The notes under the pieces: generated by a model
The model's input: the letters and a program-made list of their open reading frames with translations, nothing else
Databases searched by the model: none
Told to the model about the DNA's origin: nothing
Source: a virus
Virus record (IMG/VR): IMGVR_UViG_3300045988_082633
Length of the DNA: 64,000 nt
Strand: one strand, 5' to 3'
Program-made: the position numbers and the translations under genes
Shown: positions 54,948 through 63,035 of the stretch, piece by piece
How the letters are laid out: every line of letters begins with the position of its first letter
How positions within the stretch are numbered: position 1 is the first letter of the stretch

Positions 54948-56167
54948 AAACATTATATAAAAGAAATGCTCAAGGTAAACCTCTATTTTGGAGTATTTGG
55001 GTTGATGATACTTCTATTAACTCTAAAATTATTAATGTCAAATATGGTCTTGTTGGTAAAGATGGTAGATTTGAACAAATTACAACTACTAGAAAAGTAC
55101 AAGATGAAATTGAATCTTTAATAAAAGCTAAACGTAAAGAAGGATATAAAGAGTTAGTAGATTTATACGATAATGCTCATATAGCAGAACAAGATGTTTC
55201 TAAAATAGATTTAGTTTATTATCTTAATACATATCTTCCTAAGTTTAACACACATGATAATGGTGCTTTTATACCAATGTTATGTAAAACACTCGAAGAT
55301 AATAGACCTTTTGAAAGAGGTAATTATTTTGGACAATGGAAGATTAACGGTGAAAGATGTATTATTACTGCTGGTAAAACTACTGGTTTATTTGAAGAAA
55401 TAAAACTTCATTATCGTAGTAGAGAAGGAATTGATTGGACAAATAAACTTAGTTATTTAGACGATTTTCTTCTTCCTTGTATTCCTGAAGAAATTATAGA
55501 TATGATGCTTGAAGAAGGAGTAGGACTTGATGGAGAATTATATCTTCCAGGTTATGGAATTAATGAAATTAATTCTTTTATTAAAAATACTGAACTTCCT
55601 CAACATTATAAACTACAATTTTGGATGTATGATTTATGTATAGAAAATATGTCTGCTTATAATAGACAAATAATTCTTACTGAAAATTTTAAAAAATATA
55701 TTCCATTAAATCTTAAAACAAAAGAAGATCATTTAAATAATAGAAATAATTTAATTCTTCTCCCAAATGAAGATACAATTGATATTTCTAATGCTATAAA
55801 ACAAAGAGATTATTATATTTCTCTTGGATTTGAAGGTTTAGTTATTCGTGAAAAATCTGCTGAATATCAATTTGGTGGTAGACGTAATAATAGTATGCTT
55901 AAATTTAAAAAGAAAGAAGATGGATTGTTTGAAATTATAGATATTATTCCAGAAGGACATAAACGTACTAATCTTGGAAAATTTGTTCTAAAGAATGATA
56001 TTAACGATGAATTGTTTGAATGTAGTTATAACGCAACTCATGAAAAACAAGAAGAAATTCTTGTTAATAAAAACAATTATATAGGTAAAAATGCGTTAGT
56101 TGAATATCGAGAAAGAAGTGGTATTAAACAATGTCCTTTTCATGCTCGTGTAATTAGTATTAAATAA
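54944..56167 (+). CDS. ATP-dependent DNA ligase
   Basis: Nucleotidyl-transferase motifs appear in order: I WKINGER (KxDGxR type), III LDGELY, IIIa FWMYDL, IV EGLVIRE, V MLKFKKK. Confidence 0.85.
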   Translation: MKTLYKRNAQGKPLFWSIWVDDTSINSKIINVKYGLVGKDGRFEQITTTRKVQDEIESLIKAKRKEGYKELVDLYDNAHIAEQDVSKIDLVYYLNTYLPKFNTHDNGAFIPMLCKTLEDNRPFERGNYFGQWKINGERCIITAGKTTGLFEEIKLHYRSREGIDWTNKLSYLDDFLLPCIPEEIIDMMLEEGVGLDGELYLPGYGINEINSFIKNTELPQHYKLQFWMYDLCIENMSAYNRQIILTENFKKYIPLNLKTKEDHLNNRNNLILLPNEDTIDISNAIKQRDYYISLGFEGLVIREKSAEYQFGGRRNNSMLKFKKKEDGLFEIIDIIPEGHKRTNLGKFVLKNDINDELFECSYNATHEKQEEILVNKNNYIGKNALVEYRERSGIKQCPFHARVISIK

Positions 56168-56214
56168 AATGCTAAACATAAATTTAAATTTTTCTTTAAA
56201 AAATTATAAAACTG

Positions 56215-56571
56215 ATGAATCTTAATGCTTATGATAGTATAATAGAAAAACTTGATAAAAACAAGACTTGGATTGATATTCGTAAAAAAACTATTCTAAG
56301 TAGAGAAATGAAGTATAGAAAATATACTTGTATTCTTAAACGTTATGACTCTAAAACTAATCTTAATTCACATTTTATTGCATTACTTGATAATCCTCCT
56401 GAAAATAGATTATATAAATCTACTGTACAAGATGATTATGGTAGAATTAAAATAAATATTTCTAGTATATGGAATGAAACATATTTGTTTAATCTTAAAA
56501 GTGATTGTAATATTTTGTGTACTTTGATAGAAAGTGGAGATGACGGTGATATTTATTCTATTGATGTTTAA
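56215..56571 (+). CDS. hypothetical protein
   Basis: 118-aa ORF followed by a strong terminator. Confidence 0.55.
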   Translation: MNLNAYDSIIEKLDKNKTWIDIRKKTILSREMKYRKYTCILKRYDSKTNLNSHFIALLDNPPENRLYKSTVQDDYGRIKINISSIWNETYLFNLKSDCNILCTLIESGDDGDIYSIDV

Positions 56572-56577
56572 CATGTG

Positions 56578-56617
56578 ATAGTTCTTAGTAGTCTTATTGA
56601 CTCTAAGAACTATTTTT
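56578..56617 (+). terminator. rho-independent-type terminator
   Basis: Perfect 11-bp stem ATAGTTCTTAG / CTAAGAACTAT with a 14-nt loop. The last stem T begins a T5 run (TTTTTATT). Confidence 0.75.
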
Positions 56618-56624
56618 ATTAGCT

Positions 56625-56635
56625 CCCCCGTAGAA
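56625..56635 (+). repeat. GC-rich interspersed motif, copy 11
   Basis: Plus strand reads AGCTCCCCCGTAGAATGGTA. Lies immediately after terminator 56578-56617, and its last A is the A of the ATG at 56635. Confidence 0.85.
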
Positions 56636-57081
56636 TGGTACGTAAAAGAGAACCTATTAGTGAAGAAAGACAAAAAGAAGTTAGAGAATTAGAAGAACTT
56701 ACTGATGCTTTTCTTTGTATAGCTGTTATTTCTAAAGATTTAGTAGATGAACTACTTGAACGACATAAAGAAAAAGAAGTTCGTATTGAACCTATGGAAA
56801 AATTAGCTTGGAAGAAAATAAGAGATGGTGCTTCTACTCTTAACGTTATCGCTCGTAGTAGTGGAAAAGAAAATTATAGTAAGTTTAGAAATATGGTTAC
56901 TATAGTTAAATTTCTAATGTTAGAACTTATCGCTCATTGTAGTGATGATAATATTAAACTTTGGCAATTTCATAATCTTCTTAAAAGTTATAAAGTTGTT
57001 TATCCATCTCTTGTTCAAACTATTGATAAAGAGATGGAAGCGTTTGCGAGTATTTTCAGACAGACAAACGATGAGCCATAA
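56635..57081 (+). CDS. hypothetical protein
   Basis: 148-aa ORF. No motif recognised. Confidence 0.55.
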   Translation: MVRKREPISEERQKEVRELEELTDAFLCIAVISKDLVDELLERHKEKEVRIEPMEKLAWKKIRDGASTLNVIARSSGKENYSKFRNMVTIVKFLMLELIAHCSDDNIKLWQFHNLLKSYKVVYPSLVQTIDKEMEAFASIFRQTNDEP

Positions 57082-57087
57082 AGCTCA

Positions 57088-57190
57088 GAATGCCGCCAAT
57101 TTTGGCTTCTGTTGGCTTTATATGCCTTAGCTGGTGACTTGATAAGGCAAGAAAATATCCTCTCTTAAATGGCCAAAAAATAAATATAAT
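57088..57190 (+). repeat. repeated intergenic element, copy B
   Basis: Core GCCGCCAATTTTGGCTTCTGTTGG (57092-57115; 21 of 24 identical to copy A), then CTTTATAT, GATAAGGCAAG, TCTTAAATGG and AAAAAATAAATATAAT. Lies upstream of gene 57252. Contains a 7-bp hairpin TGCCTTA/TAAGGCA. Confidence 0.6.
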
Positions 57191-57251
57191 AAAATTTGGT
57201 GTTATTGAAAATAATTAGTAATTTTATAAACAAATTAAACAAAATGTTATT

Positions 57252-58847
57252 ATGGTAGATGCTGAATCTAAAATTAAAACAAATGTTAAATCTAAACGTA
57301 TAAGACACGCTTATCCACGAAGAGAATTATATCATCGTTGGATACATAGTCCAGAATATGTTTATGTTAATAATAGTCGTCAAATATCAGGTAAAGGAAA
57401 TTATCTTCGTATTGGTGATATAGGAAAAGATAAATCTACACTTTGTATAGAAAGAGATGTTGATGTAAATTATAGTACTTTTGCTGTTATTGATAGAACT
57501 ACTAGTCGTATTCTTATATCAGATAAATATCTAATTTTTGCTTTAGAACTGTTACGTGCTCTTCCTAATGAATATGAAGTATTCAGATGTCACGGTGCTA
57601 TTCCTTGTCATGATATTTTATCTGAAAAGCATACTGAACTTCTTTGTAAAATTCATCTTGAATATCTTATAAAAAAGATTTCTGGTTATTTATATCCTTA
57701 TTATGCTGCTCTTAAAGGTAGAAACGTACTTCATTGCGATATAGATACAGAGATGGATAAAAATAAAGAAACTCTAAAATTATGTAATCTTATTTATAGG
57801 ACTGATAATATTCTAGCTTTTGTTAAAAAATATAAAATTAAACAATATGATTGGTATAATAAAACATTAGATCCTAATTATGAACTTAATAGTTATTATT
57901 CAAACCCTCGTTATATTGTTAGAATTAAGCTTCCTACAGTTAAACAAATTGTTACTGGTACTATATTTAATAAAAGTCAAATAGAATTATTTAAGAAAAA
58001 ACGTTTTTATACTAAATACTGTTATGGTAGAGGTATTAGTTTTAAAAATGTTAATAAATATTGGAATAAAACCGTAGCTCCTTTAAATACAAATTCTACA
58101 AATGATAATAGCTCTTATGATTTAACTTATAATCAAGTTAAGCAGTTTTTTCAAGTTAATAAAGTTTATTGGAATGATGATTTCTATAATAATAATTTAA
58201 TTACTTGGAATAATTATATTATTCTTGCTAATCAAAAAGAAAATGAGAAAAATAATGAATATATTAAAGAAAATATAGAAAAGTCTAAACAAAACGAACT
58301 TAAAGCTCGTGAAGAATTAAAGAAATATATAGGTACTGATTATCTTAAACATTGGAGAGATAATAAAGGTCTTAATGTACATAAATATGTTGAATATGAA
58401 AAATTTATAAAATCTAAGTATAAAAGTGGTCGTGGTTCTTGGAATACAGTAAAACTTTATTTAAACTATCGCAATGCGTTTGCTAATATTCAACTTAAAC
58501 TTCATAATGACACTATTATAACATCAAATGATGCTAGTGTTCCTATAAATGAAGCTGTAAGATGTTATAAAATACTTCAAGTTTGTAAAGAAAAATACAA
58601 TAAAGAAGGTAAAAAGACATTTTCATTTGTTGAACAAAATATACATATTGGTATATATAAACTTATAGAAATATCTTATACACGTAAATATGATGATAAC
58701 TGTTGTATTTTACCTATTACAACTTGGCTTATAAGAATAGGTTGTCATAGAATCTGGCTTGATGATTTTGAAAACTTTGTTCATTATTATAATCTTGAAG
58801 ATACATTTGGTATTAAACAAGATATTGAAAATAACCGATTAAATTAA
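57252..58847 (+). CDS. hypothetical large protein (531 aa)
   Basis: Intact ORF. No motif recognised. Confidence 0.6.
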   Translation: MVDAESKIKTNVKSKRIRHAYPRRELYHRWIHSPEYVYVNNSRQISGKGNYLRIGDIGKDKSTLCIERDVDVNYSTFAVIDRTTSRILISDKYLIFALELLRALPNEYEVFRCHGAIPCHDILSEKHTELLCKIHLEYLIKKISGYLYPYYAALKGRNVLHCDIDTEMDKNKETLKLCNLIYRTDNILAFVKKYKIKQYDWYNKTLDPNYELNSYYSNPRYIVRIKLPTVKQIVTGTIFNKSQIELFKKKRFYTKYCYGRGISFKNVNKYWNKTVAPLNTNSTNDNSSYDLTYNQVKQFFQVNKVYWNDDFYNNNLITWNNYIILANQKENEKNNEYIKENIEKSKQNELKAREELKKYIGTDYLKHWRDNKGLNVHKYVEYEKFIKSKYKSGRGSWNTVKLYLNYRNAFANIQLKLHNDTIITSNDASVPINEAVRCYKILQVCKEKYNKEGKKTFSFVEQNIHIGIYKLIEISYTRKYDDNCCILPITTWLIRIGCHRIWLDDFENFVHYYNLEDTFGIKQDIENNRLN

Positions 58848-58854
58848 AAATCAA

Positions 58855-59172
58855 ATGAAAGAAATTAAAGATGAATTGTATGCTGAGTTAAAACAACTTG
58901 GCATTATTAACGAAGGAACTGATGTTCGTAGTTATAATGTAGGAATATCAGATTACAGTAAACATACTATTCAACCTTGGAGTATTTGGATTGATTATAA
59001 TCTTAATCCTTTTGATGCTGATATTGTTAAACGAGTACTCAGAAAAAAAGAAAATACTCCTCGTAAAGAAGATTATGAAAAGATTATTCATATTTGTAGA
59101 GAATGTATTCGTCAAATTGAAAATCGTAATCTTAGTATAACTAATAATATTAATTTTGAAGACGAAAAATAA
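58855..59172 (+). CDS. DUF3310-like small protein
   Basis: YNVGISDYSKHTIQPWSIWIDYNLNPFDADIVKRVLRKKENTPRKEDYEKIIHICRECI resembles the DUF3310 pattern as I recall it (hY...iqp.d.i....l.f..gn.iKy..R.k.K....dl.Ka..y). Confidence 0.45.
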   Translation: MKEIKDELYAELKQLGIINEGTDVRSYNVGISDYSKHTIQPWSIWIDYNLNPFDADIVKRVLRKKENTPRKEDYEKIIHICRECIRQIENRNLSITNNINFEDEK

Positions 59173-59174
59173 TT

Positions 59175-60065
59175 ATGCAAATTGTAGAATCTAAAGTTAC
59201 ACCTTGGTTACAGACTAATTCTGTAAATCATATTGCTCGTTGTGCTAGAGTGTGTTATGCTTCTAATAAAACAACTAACGATCAAGCAATGTGTGATGCT
59301 CTTTGGAAAAATAAACATCGTAGTATGTTTCGTCATGCTGGAGTTTATTATATAATTCCTGAGAAAATACAAATTTCTGAAAAAGCTTATATTGGCACAG
59401 TTGTTCGTCTTGTATTTAGTGATTGTTATGTTTCTACTAATGAACAATGTGCTAAAGAATATTGGGATGAAAGATATAGTAAATATCGTATTAATACATC
59501 TGAAGCTTTTAAAGATCTTGTATTTTTATCTAATGGTATGCTTCGTATTACCTTATGTATAGAAACAGGCATTGATATAACTCGTGAATATAATCGTAAG
59601 TCACCTAATAACATTGCTGAACAAAGTACTCGTTATGTTGATTTCAACAAAAAAGTAGGTATTCGTTTTAAGAAATGTCATTGGATGGAAGGTATTAATC
59701 TTTATAAAAAATGTCTTACTAAAATTATGTGTAAAACTGCGGAATGGTTTTATAAACTTTCTCGTAGTAAATATGGACTTAATCTTCCACCTCAAGATGC
59801 AAGATGGATTCTACCATTAGACACAATGAGTAAAGTTGTATATACTTATACTATTAAAGAATGGGAAGAAATTCTTAATATGCGTGAATTTGATTATACA
59901 GGTAAAGCACATCCTGATGCTAAAGCTGTAGCTTGTCAAATTCATAAACAACTTGATAAACTTGGATATATTATACATAATTATAATTATGTAGTACATA
60001 AAACATGTAGTAAAAATACTATTTATCCAGACGTTAAATGTGAATATAGAAGTAATTTTGTTTAA
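59175..60065 (+). CDS. thyX: ThyX-like protein (flavin-dependent thymidylate synthase family) with a degenerate RHR signature
   Basis: HRSMFRH (H-x-S...H), TREYNRKSPNNIAEQSTRYV aligned to the canonical TRQLVRHRHFSFNQQSQRYV, and ARWILPLDT...EWEEILNMR (ARxxLP...R) are collinear with ThyX. The RHR-xx-S core reads RKS-xx-N here. Confidence 0.6.
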   Translation: MQIVESKVTPWLQTNSVNHIARCARVCYASNKTTNDQAMCDALWKNKHRSMFRHAGVYYIIPEKIQISEKAYIGTVVRLVFSDCYVSTNEQCAKEYWDERYSKYRINTSEAFKDLVFLSNGMLRITLCIETGIDITREYNRKSPNNIAEQSTRYVDFNKKVGIRFKKCHWMEGINLYKKCLTKIMCKTAEWFYKLSRSKYGLNLPPQDARWILPLDTMSKVVYTYTIKEWEEILNMREFDYTGKAHPDAKAVACQIHKQLDKLGYIIHNYNYVVHKTCSKNTIYPDVKCEYRSNFV

Positions 60066-60322
60066 AGATTCTGATTGTGGTAATTGTAAATTAGTACAAG
60101 ATGAATTTTTTTAATAATCCACCTGTGTGTGATATTAAAATTTGTCATGTTAAACATGAAAATAGTGTTAAAATAAGTAAACAGTATAACATAAATAGTT
60201 TTCCTACTGTTATTCTTATAGATTTAGATACTAATAAAGAAGTATGTAGATTTATCGGATTTATAGATAGTAAAACTATTGATAATAAAATTAAAGAATA
60301 TGAAGCAAAATCTTTGGTGTAA
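60040..60322 (+). CDS. thioredoxin/glutaredoxin-fold gene broken by a frame change at a T7 run
   Basis: From GTG 60040 the sequence reads (M)NIEVILFKDSDCGNCKLVQDEFF-stop. The +1 frame continues through T7 (60106-60112) as NNPPVCDIKICHVKHENSVKISKQYNINSFPTVILIDLDTNKEVCRFIGF... A CxxC active site followed by a cis-Pro FPT loop makes a complete Trx fold only if the two frames are joined. Confidence 0.5.
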
Positions 60323-60482
60323 ATTTTTCAAATTACACAAGTATGAAATAATTAAAGAAGAAAATAAACTTGACCCAAAAGGTAATATTATTGGAAAAAT
60401 ATTTATATCTCGTTGTACTAATTGTGGTAAAATAAATCATAAAACAATTTATACAGAACAATTATATGGAAGCTATGAATGA
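60300..60482 (+). CDS. small zinc-ribbon-like protein
   Basis: The start is taken at MKQNLWCKFFKLHKYE (the track starts at 60279). The pattern C...H...CTNCGK suggests Zn binding. Confidence 0.45.
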   Translation: MKQNLWCKFFKLHKYEIIKEENKLDPKGNIIGKIFISRCTNCGKINHKTIYTEQLYGSYE

Positions 60483-60666
60483 ATATTGTTATGTAATGGA
60501 TTATTCTGATGGTACTATTTGTGAAATTAAAATAGTACCTGAAGATAATGATGAGAATGGTGAAATAGATGTAGACAACCTATTTGCAAAATACGGTCTT
60601 AAAACTAGTAATTGTAGTTGGATGCTTACTACATCTAAAATTGAAAATATAATTGAATTAAATTAA
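60466..60666 (+). CDS. hypothetical small acidic protein
   Basis: 66-aa ORF. Confidence 0.45.
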   Translation: MEAMNEYCYVMDYSDGTICEIKIVPEDNDENGEIDVDNLFAKYGLKTSNCSWMLTTSKIENIIELN

Positions 60667-60677
60667 AAAAAAATATT

Positions 60678-60932
60678 ATGATTATAACGCTTATTATTTG
60701 TATTACAATTATTATAATTGTTGCTACATTAGCTGTACTTTATTATCTCAATACTAAAACTACTAAAGAAATTGAGGAATTTAACAATGATATTTTTAAT
60801 GCTTTAAACCATATATCTTTTTATTCTGACAATATTAAATCAGAAGATATATTTGGTGAAAATAAGATATATGTTGATGCTATTAAAGATATATGTAATA
60901 TGTACGTTAATGATGCAGAAGAAGAAGAGTGA
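60678..60932 (+). CDS. small protein with an N-terminal TM segment
   Basis: 84 aa. N-terminus MIITLIICITIIIIVATLAVLYYL. Confidence 0.5.
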   Translation: MIITLIICITIIIIVATLAVLYYLNTKTTKEIEEFNNDIFNALNHISFYSDNIKSEDIFGENKIYVDAIKDICNMYVNDAEEEE

Positions 60933-61278
60933 AGCACAAAAGAAAGCTAATGCTCGTAATCAACTTTTTCGTCAAATTCATGGTTATAGCTTAACTTCTT
61001 TTGTTAATAAGGCTAGAGAAGTTAATGCTATAACTTCTACAGAAGATGCTATTTTAATTGTTATAGAATATAATATCAAATATCTTAAAGAAAGACAATT
61101 TGATAATTCTAAAAAATTAAATATGAATCCTCGTCGTAGATGTTTTTGTAATGGAATTGCTAAATGGGCTTGTGTTGACAAAACAGGGAATAAACGTCTT
61201 CTATGTAATAAACATAAAAAACAATGGGAAGAAGATGAATCTCTTGTTAGTTTTAAACATATAAATCCGTATGTATAA
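60910..61278 (+). CDS. hypothetical basic protein with a C-terminal Cys cluster
   Basis: The start is taken at MMQKKKSEAQKK (the track starts at 60853, deep inside the previous ORF). The C-terminus reads RRRCFCNGIAKWACVDKTGNKRLLCNKH. Confidence 0.5.
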   Translation: MMQKKKSEAQKKANARNQLFRQIHGYSLTSFVNKAREVNAITSTEDAILIVIEYNIKYLKERQFDNSKKLNMNPRRRCFCNGIAKWACVDKTGNKRLLCNKHKKQWEEDESLVSFKHINPYV

Positions 61279-61461
61279 ATGAAACTTAAATTTCATTGTA
61301 TGAATTGGTGGGGTAATGCTATTTATGAAACTAAAAGTGGTACTCCTATTGTTAAATTGGACGATGGTTACTATACTTTATCAGATTCTTCTGATATTGA
61401 TAGTGACCCTTGTTCTAAAATTAAAAGTGATAAAATAATAATTGTAGAAAAATTTAGTTAA
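61279..61461 (+). CDS. hypothetical small protein
   Basis: 60-aa ORF that begins immediately after the previous stop. Confidence 0.45.
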   Translation: MKLKFHCMNWWGNAIYETKSGTPIVKLDDGYYTLSDSSDIDSDPCSKIKSDKIIIVEKFS

Positions 61462-61470
61462 ATAAATATT

Positions 61471-62241
61471 ATGACTAGTATTAGAAATATAAGTAGATAT
61501 AAATATAAAAAACATCTTATAAATAAGAAAGTTCTTAATCAGATAATTAAAAGTAGTTCTTTATGTAAACATGCTATAAAAGAACTAAAACTTGCTGGAT
61601 ATAAAAAGAATGAAAATAATCCTATTGGTTGGATGTATAATCAAGTTCTAGAATCTTTAGCTGTATTTAGTTCTCATGAAAATAGTGGTTCTAGTGTTCC
61701 TTTTGAAATAAATCTTGTTAAGAAACTATCAAGTTTTGATATTATATCTCCACTTAAATTTGATGATAACGAATGGAACTTATGTTATACTAATATTTAT
61801 CAGAATATTCGTAAATCATCTATATTTAAAAAAGATGGCAAAATACATGATATTTATGCTTTTAGTAATAATGTTATAAGACGATATAGTTATAATACCA
61901 AAGAATGGAATGAAGTAAAACCTACAAAATGGAATGGTATTTTATATGAACATAAAAATGGTATTTTTACAGGAAGATGTTTTAGCACTTGTTATATTAA
62001 ATACGATCCTTCTAAAGGATATATTCCTAAAAACACTATCAATATAACTTGTTCAGAAATAGAATTTGCTAAAGATGATTATATTATGGCAGTAGATGCT
62101 AGTAATATATCTTTAAAGATTCTTAATAATAAATATGACATAAAATGGGAAAAGGTACCTGCTATTAAAGGTGTTCGTCTTGAAGATTATACTTCTGATA
62201 TTAACAAACTTGTAATTAAAGATTTAAATAAAAATAAATAA
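61471..62241 (+). CDS. hypothetical protein
   Basis: 256-aa ORF. No motif recognised. Confidence 0.55.
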   Translation: MTSIRNISRYKYKKHLINKKVLNQIIKSSSLCKHAIKELKLAGYKKNENNPIGWMYNQVLESLAVFSSHENSGSSVPFEINLVKKLSSFDIISPLKFDDNEWNLCYTNIYQNIRKSSIFKKDGKIHDIYAFSNNVIRRYSYNTKEWNEVKPTKWNGILYEHKNGIFTGRCFSTCYIKYDPSKGYIPKNTINITCSEIEFAKDDYIMAVDASNISLKILNNKYDIKWEKVPAIKGVRLEDYTSDINKLVIKDLNKNK

Positions 62242-62247
62242 ACTATT

Positions 62248-63012
62248 ATGGCAAATATTTATAATATTCAGCAATATCTATTTTCTATATTTGATGAACT
62301 TGAAGAAAATGGAGGGGAACTTACTCCTGAACTTGAAGAACAACTAAATATTACTCAAGAACAATTTAAGGACAAAATTAAAGATTATTCTAACATTGTT
62401 AAAACATTAGAAAATGATATTACTGCTATAAAAGAAGAAAAAACTCGTCTTAGTGATCTTCAGAAGTCTAAAGAAAAGAACATAGAACGTCTGAAGAAAA
62501 TTATGGTAGAAGCTATTGAAAATTTTGGTGATACTACTAAATCTGGTGGAAAATATGTAGATTATGGTACTGGTAAAGTGTCTGTAAGAAACAGTCAAGC
62601 CATTGAAGTTGAAGAAGATTCTGTTAATAGATTTGTCAATAGACTTATTACAAGTCTTAAATGGTATAATGAAAACAATCAACTTCATAATGGACTTGTA
62701 AATCCAAGTGACCTTATAGCTTTTGCTAATAGTAAAACTCAAGAAGAAGAAAATGACAATGTAGAAGTAGATGCATATGATGCTAAAGATACAGCAAATC
62801 TATCTATATCTGTTGATTTAGATATTAATATACCTACTTTAATAACAACAGAAAAAGGTATAAATCTTGCTAAAGCTCTTCTTGATTATAATGCGTTTAG
62901 CGTTAAAGCTAAAGCTGATAAAAGAGGTATTAAAGATGAAGCTAAATCTGAGCAACATTATATGCCTGTATTTGCTAAACTTGTTACAAATAAATCAATT
63001 TCTATAAAATAA
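62248..63012 (+). CDS. Gp157-like protein (Sipho_Gp157 family candidate)
   Basis: The N-terminal pattern YLFSIFDELEENGGELTPELEEQLNITQEQFKDKIKDYSNIVKTLENDITAIKEEKTRLSDLQKSKEKNIERLKKIM matches my recollection of the Gp157 family (coiled-coil, E-x-K-R-L motif). Confidence 0.45.
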   Translation: MANIYNIQQYLFSIFDELEENGGELTPELEEQLNITQEQFKDKIKDYSNIVKTLENDITAIKEEKTRLSDLQKSKEKNIERLKKIMVEAIENFGDTTKSGGKYVDYGTGKVSVRNSQAIEVEEDSVNRFVNRLITSLKWYNENNQLHNGLVNPSDLIAFANSKTQEEENDNVEVDAYDAKDTANLSISVDLDINIPTLITTEKGINLAKALLDYNAFSVKAKADKRGIKDEAKSEQHYMPVFAKLVTNKSISIK

Positions 63013-63035
63013 TAAACTTTATAATTTTATTTAAT

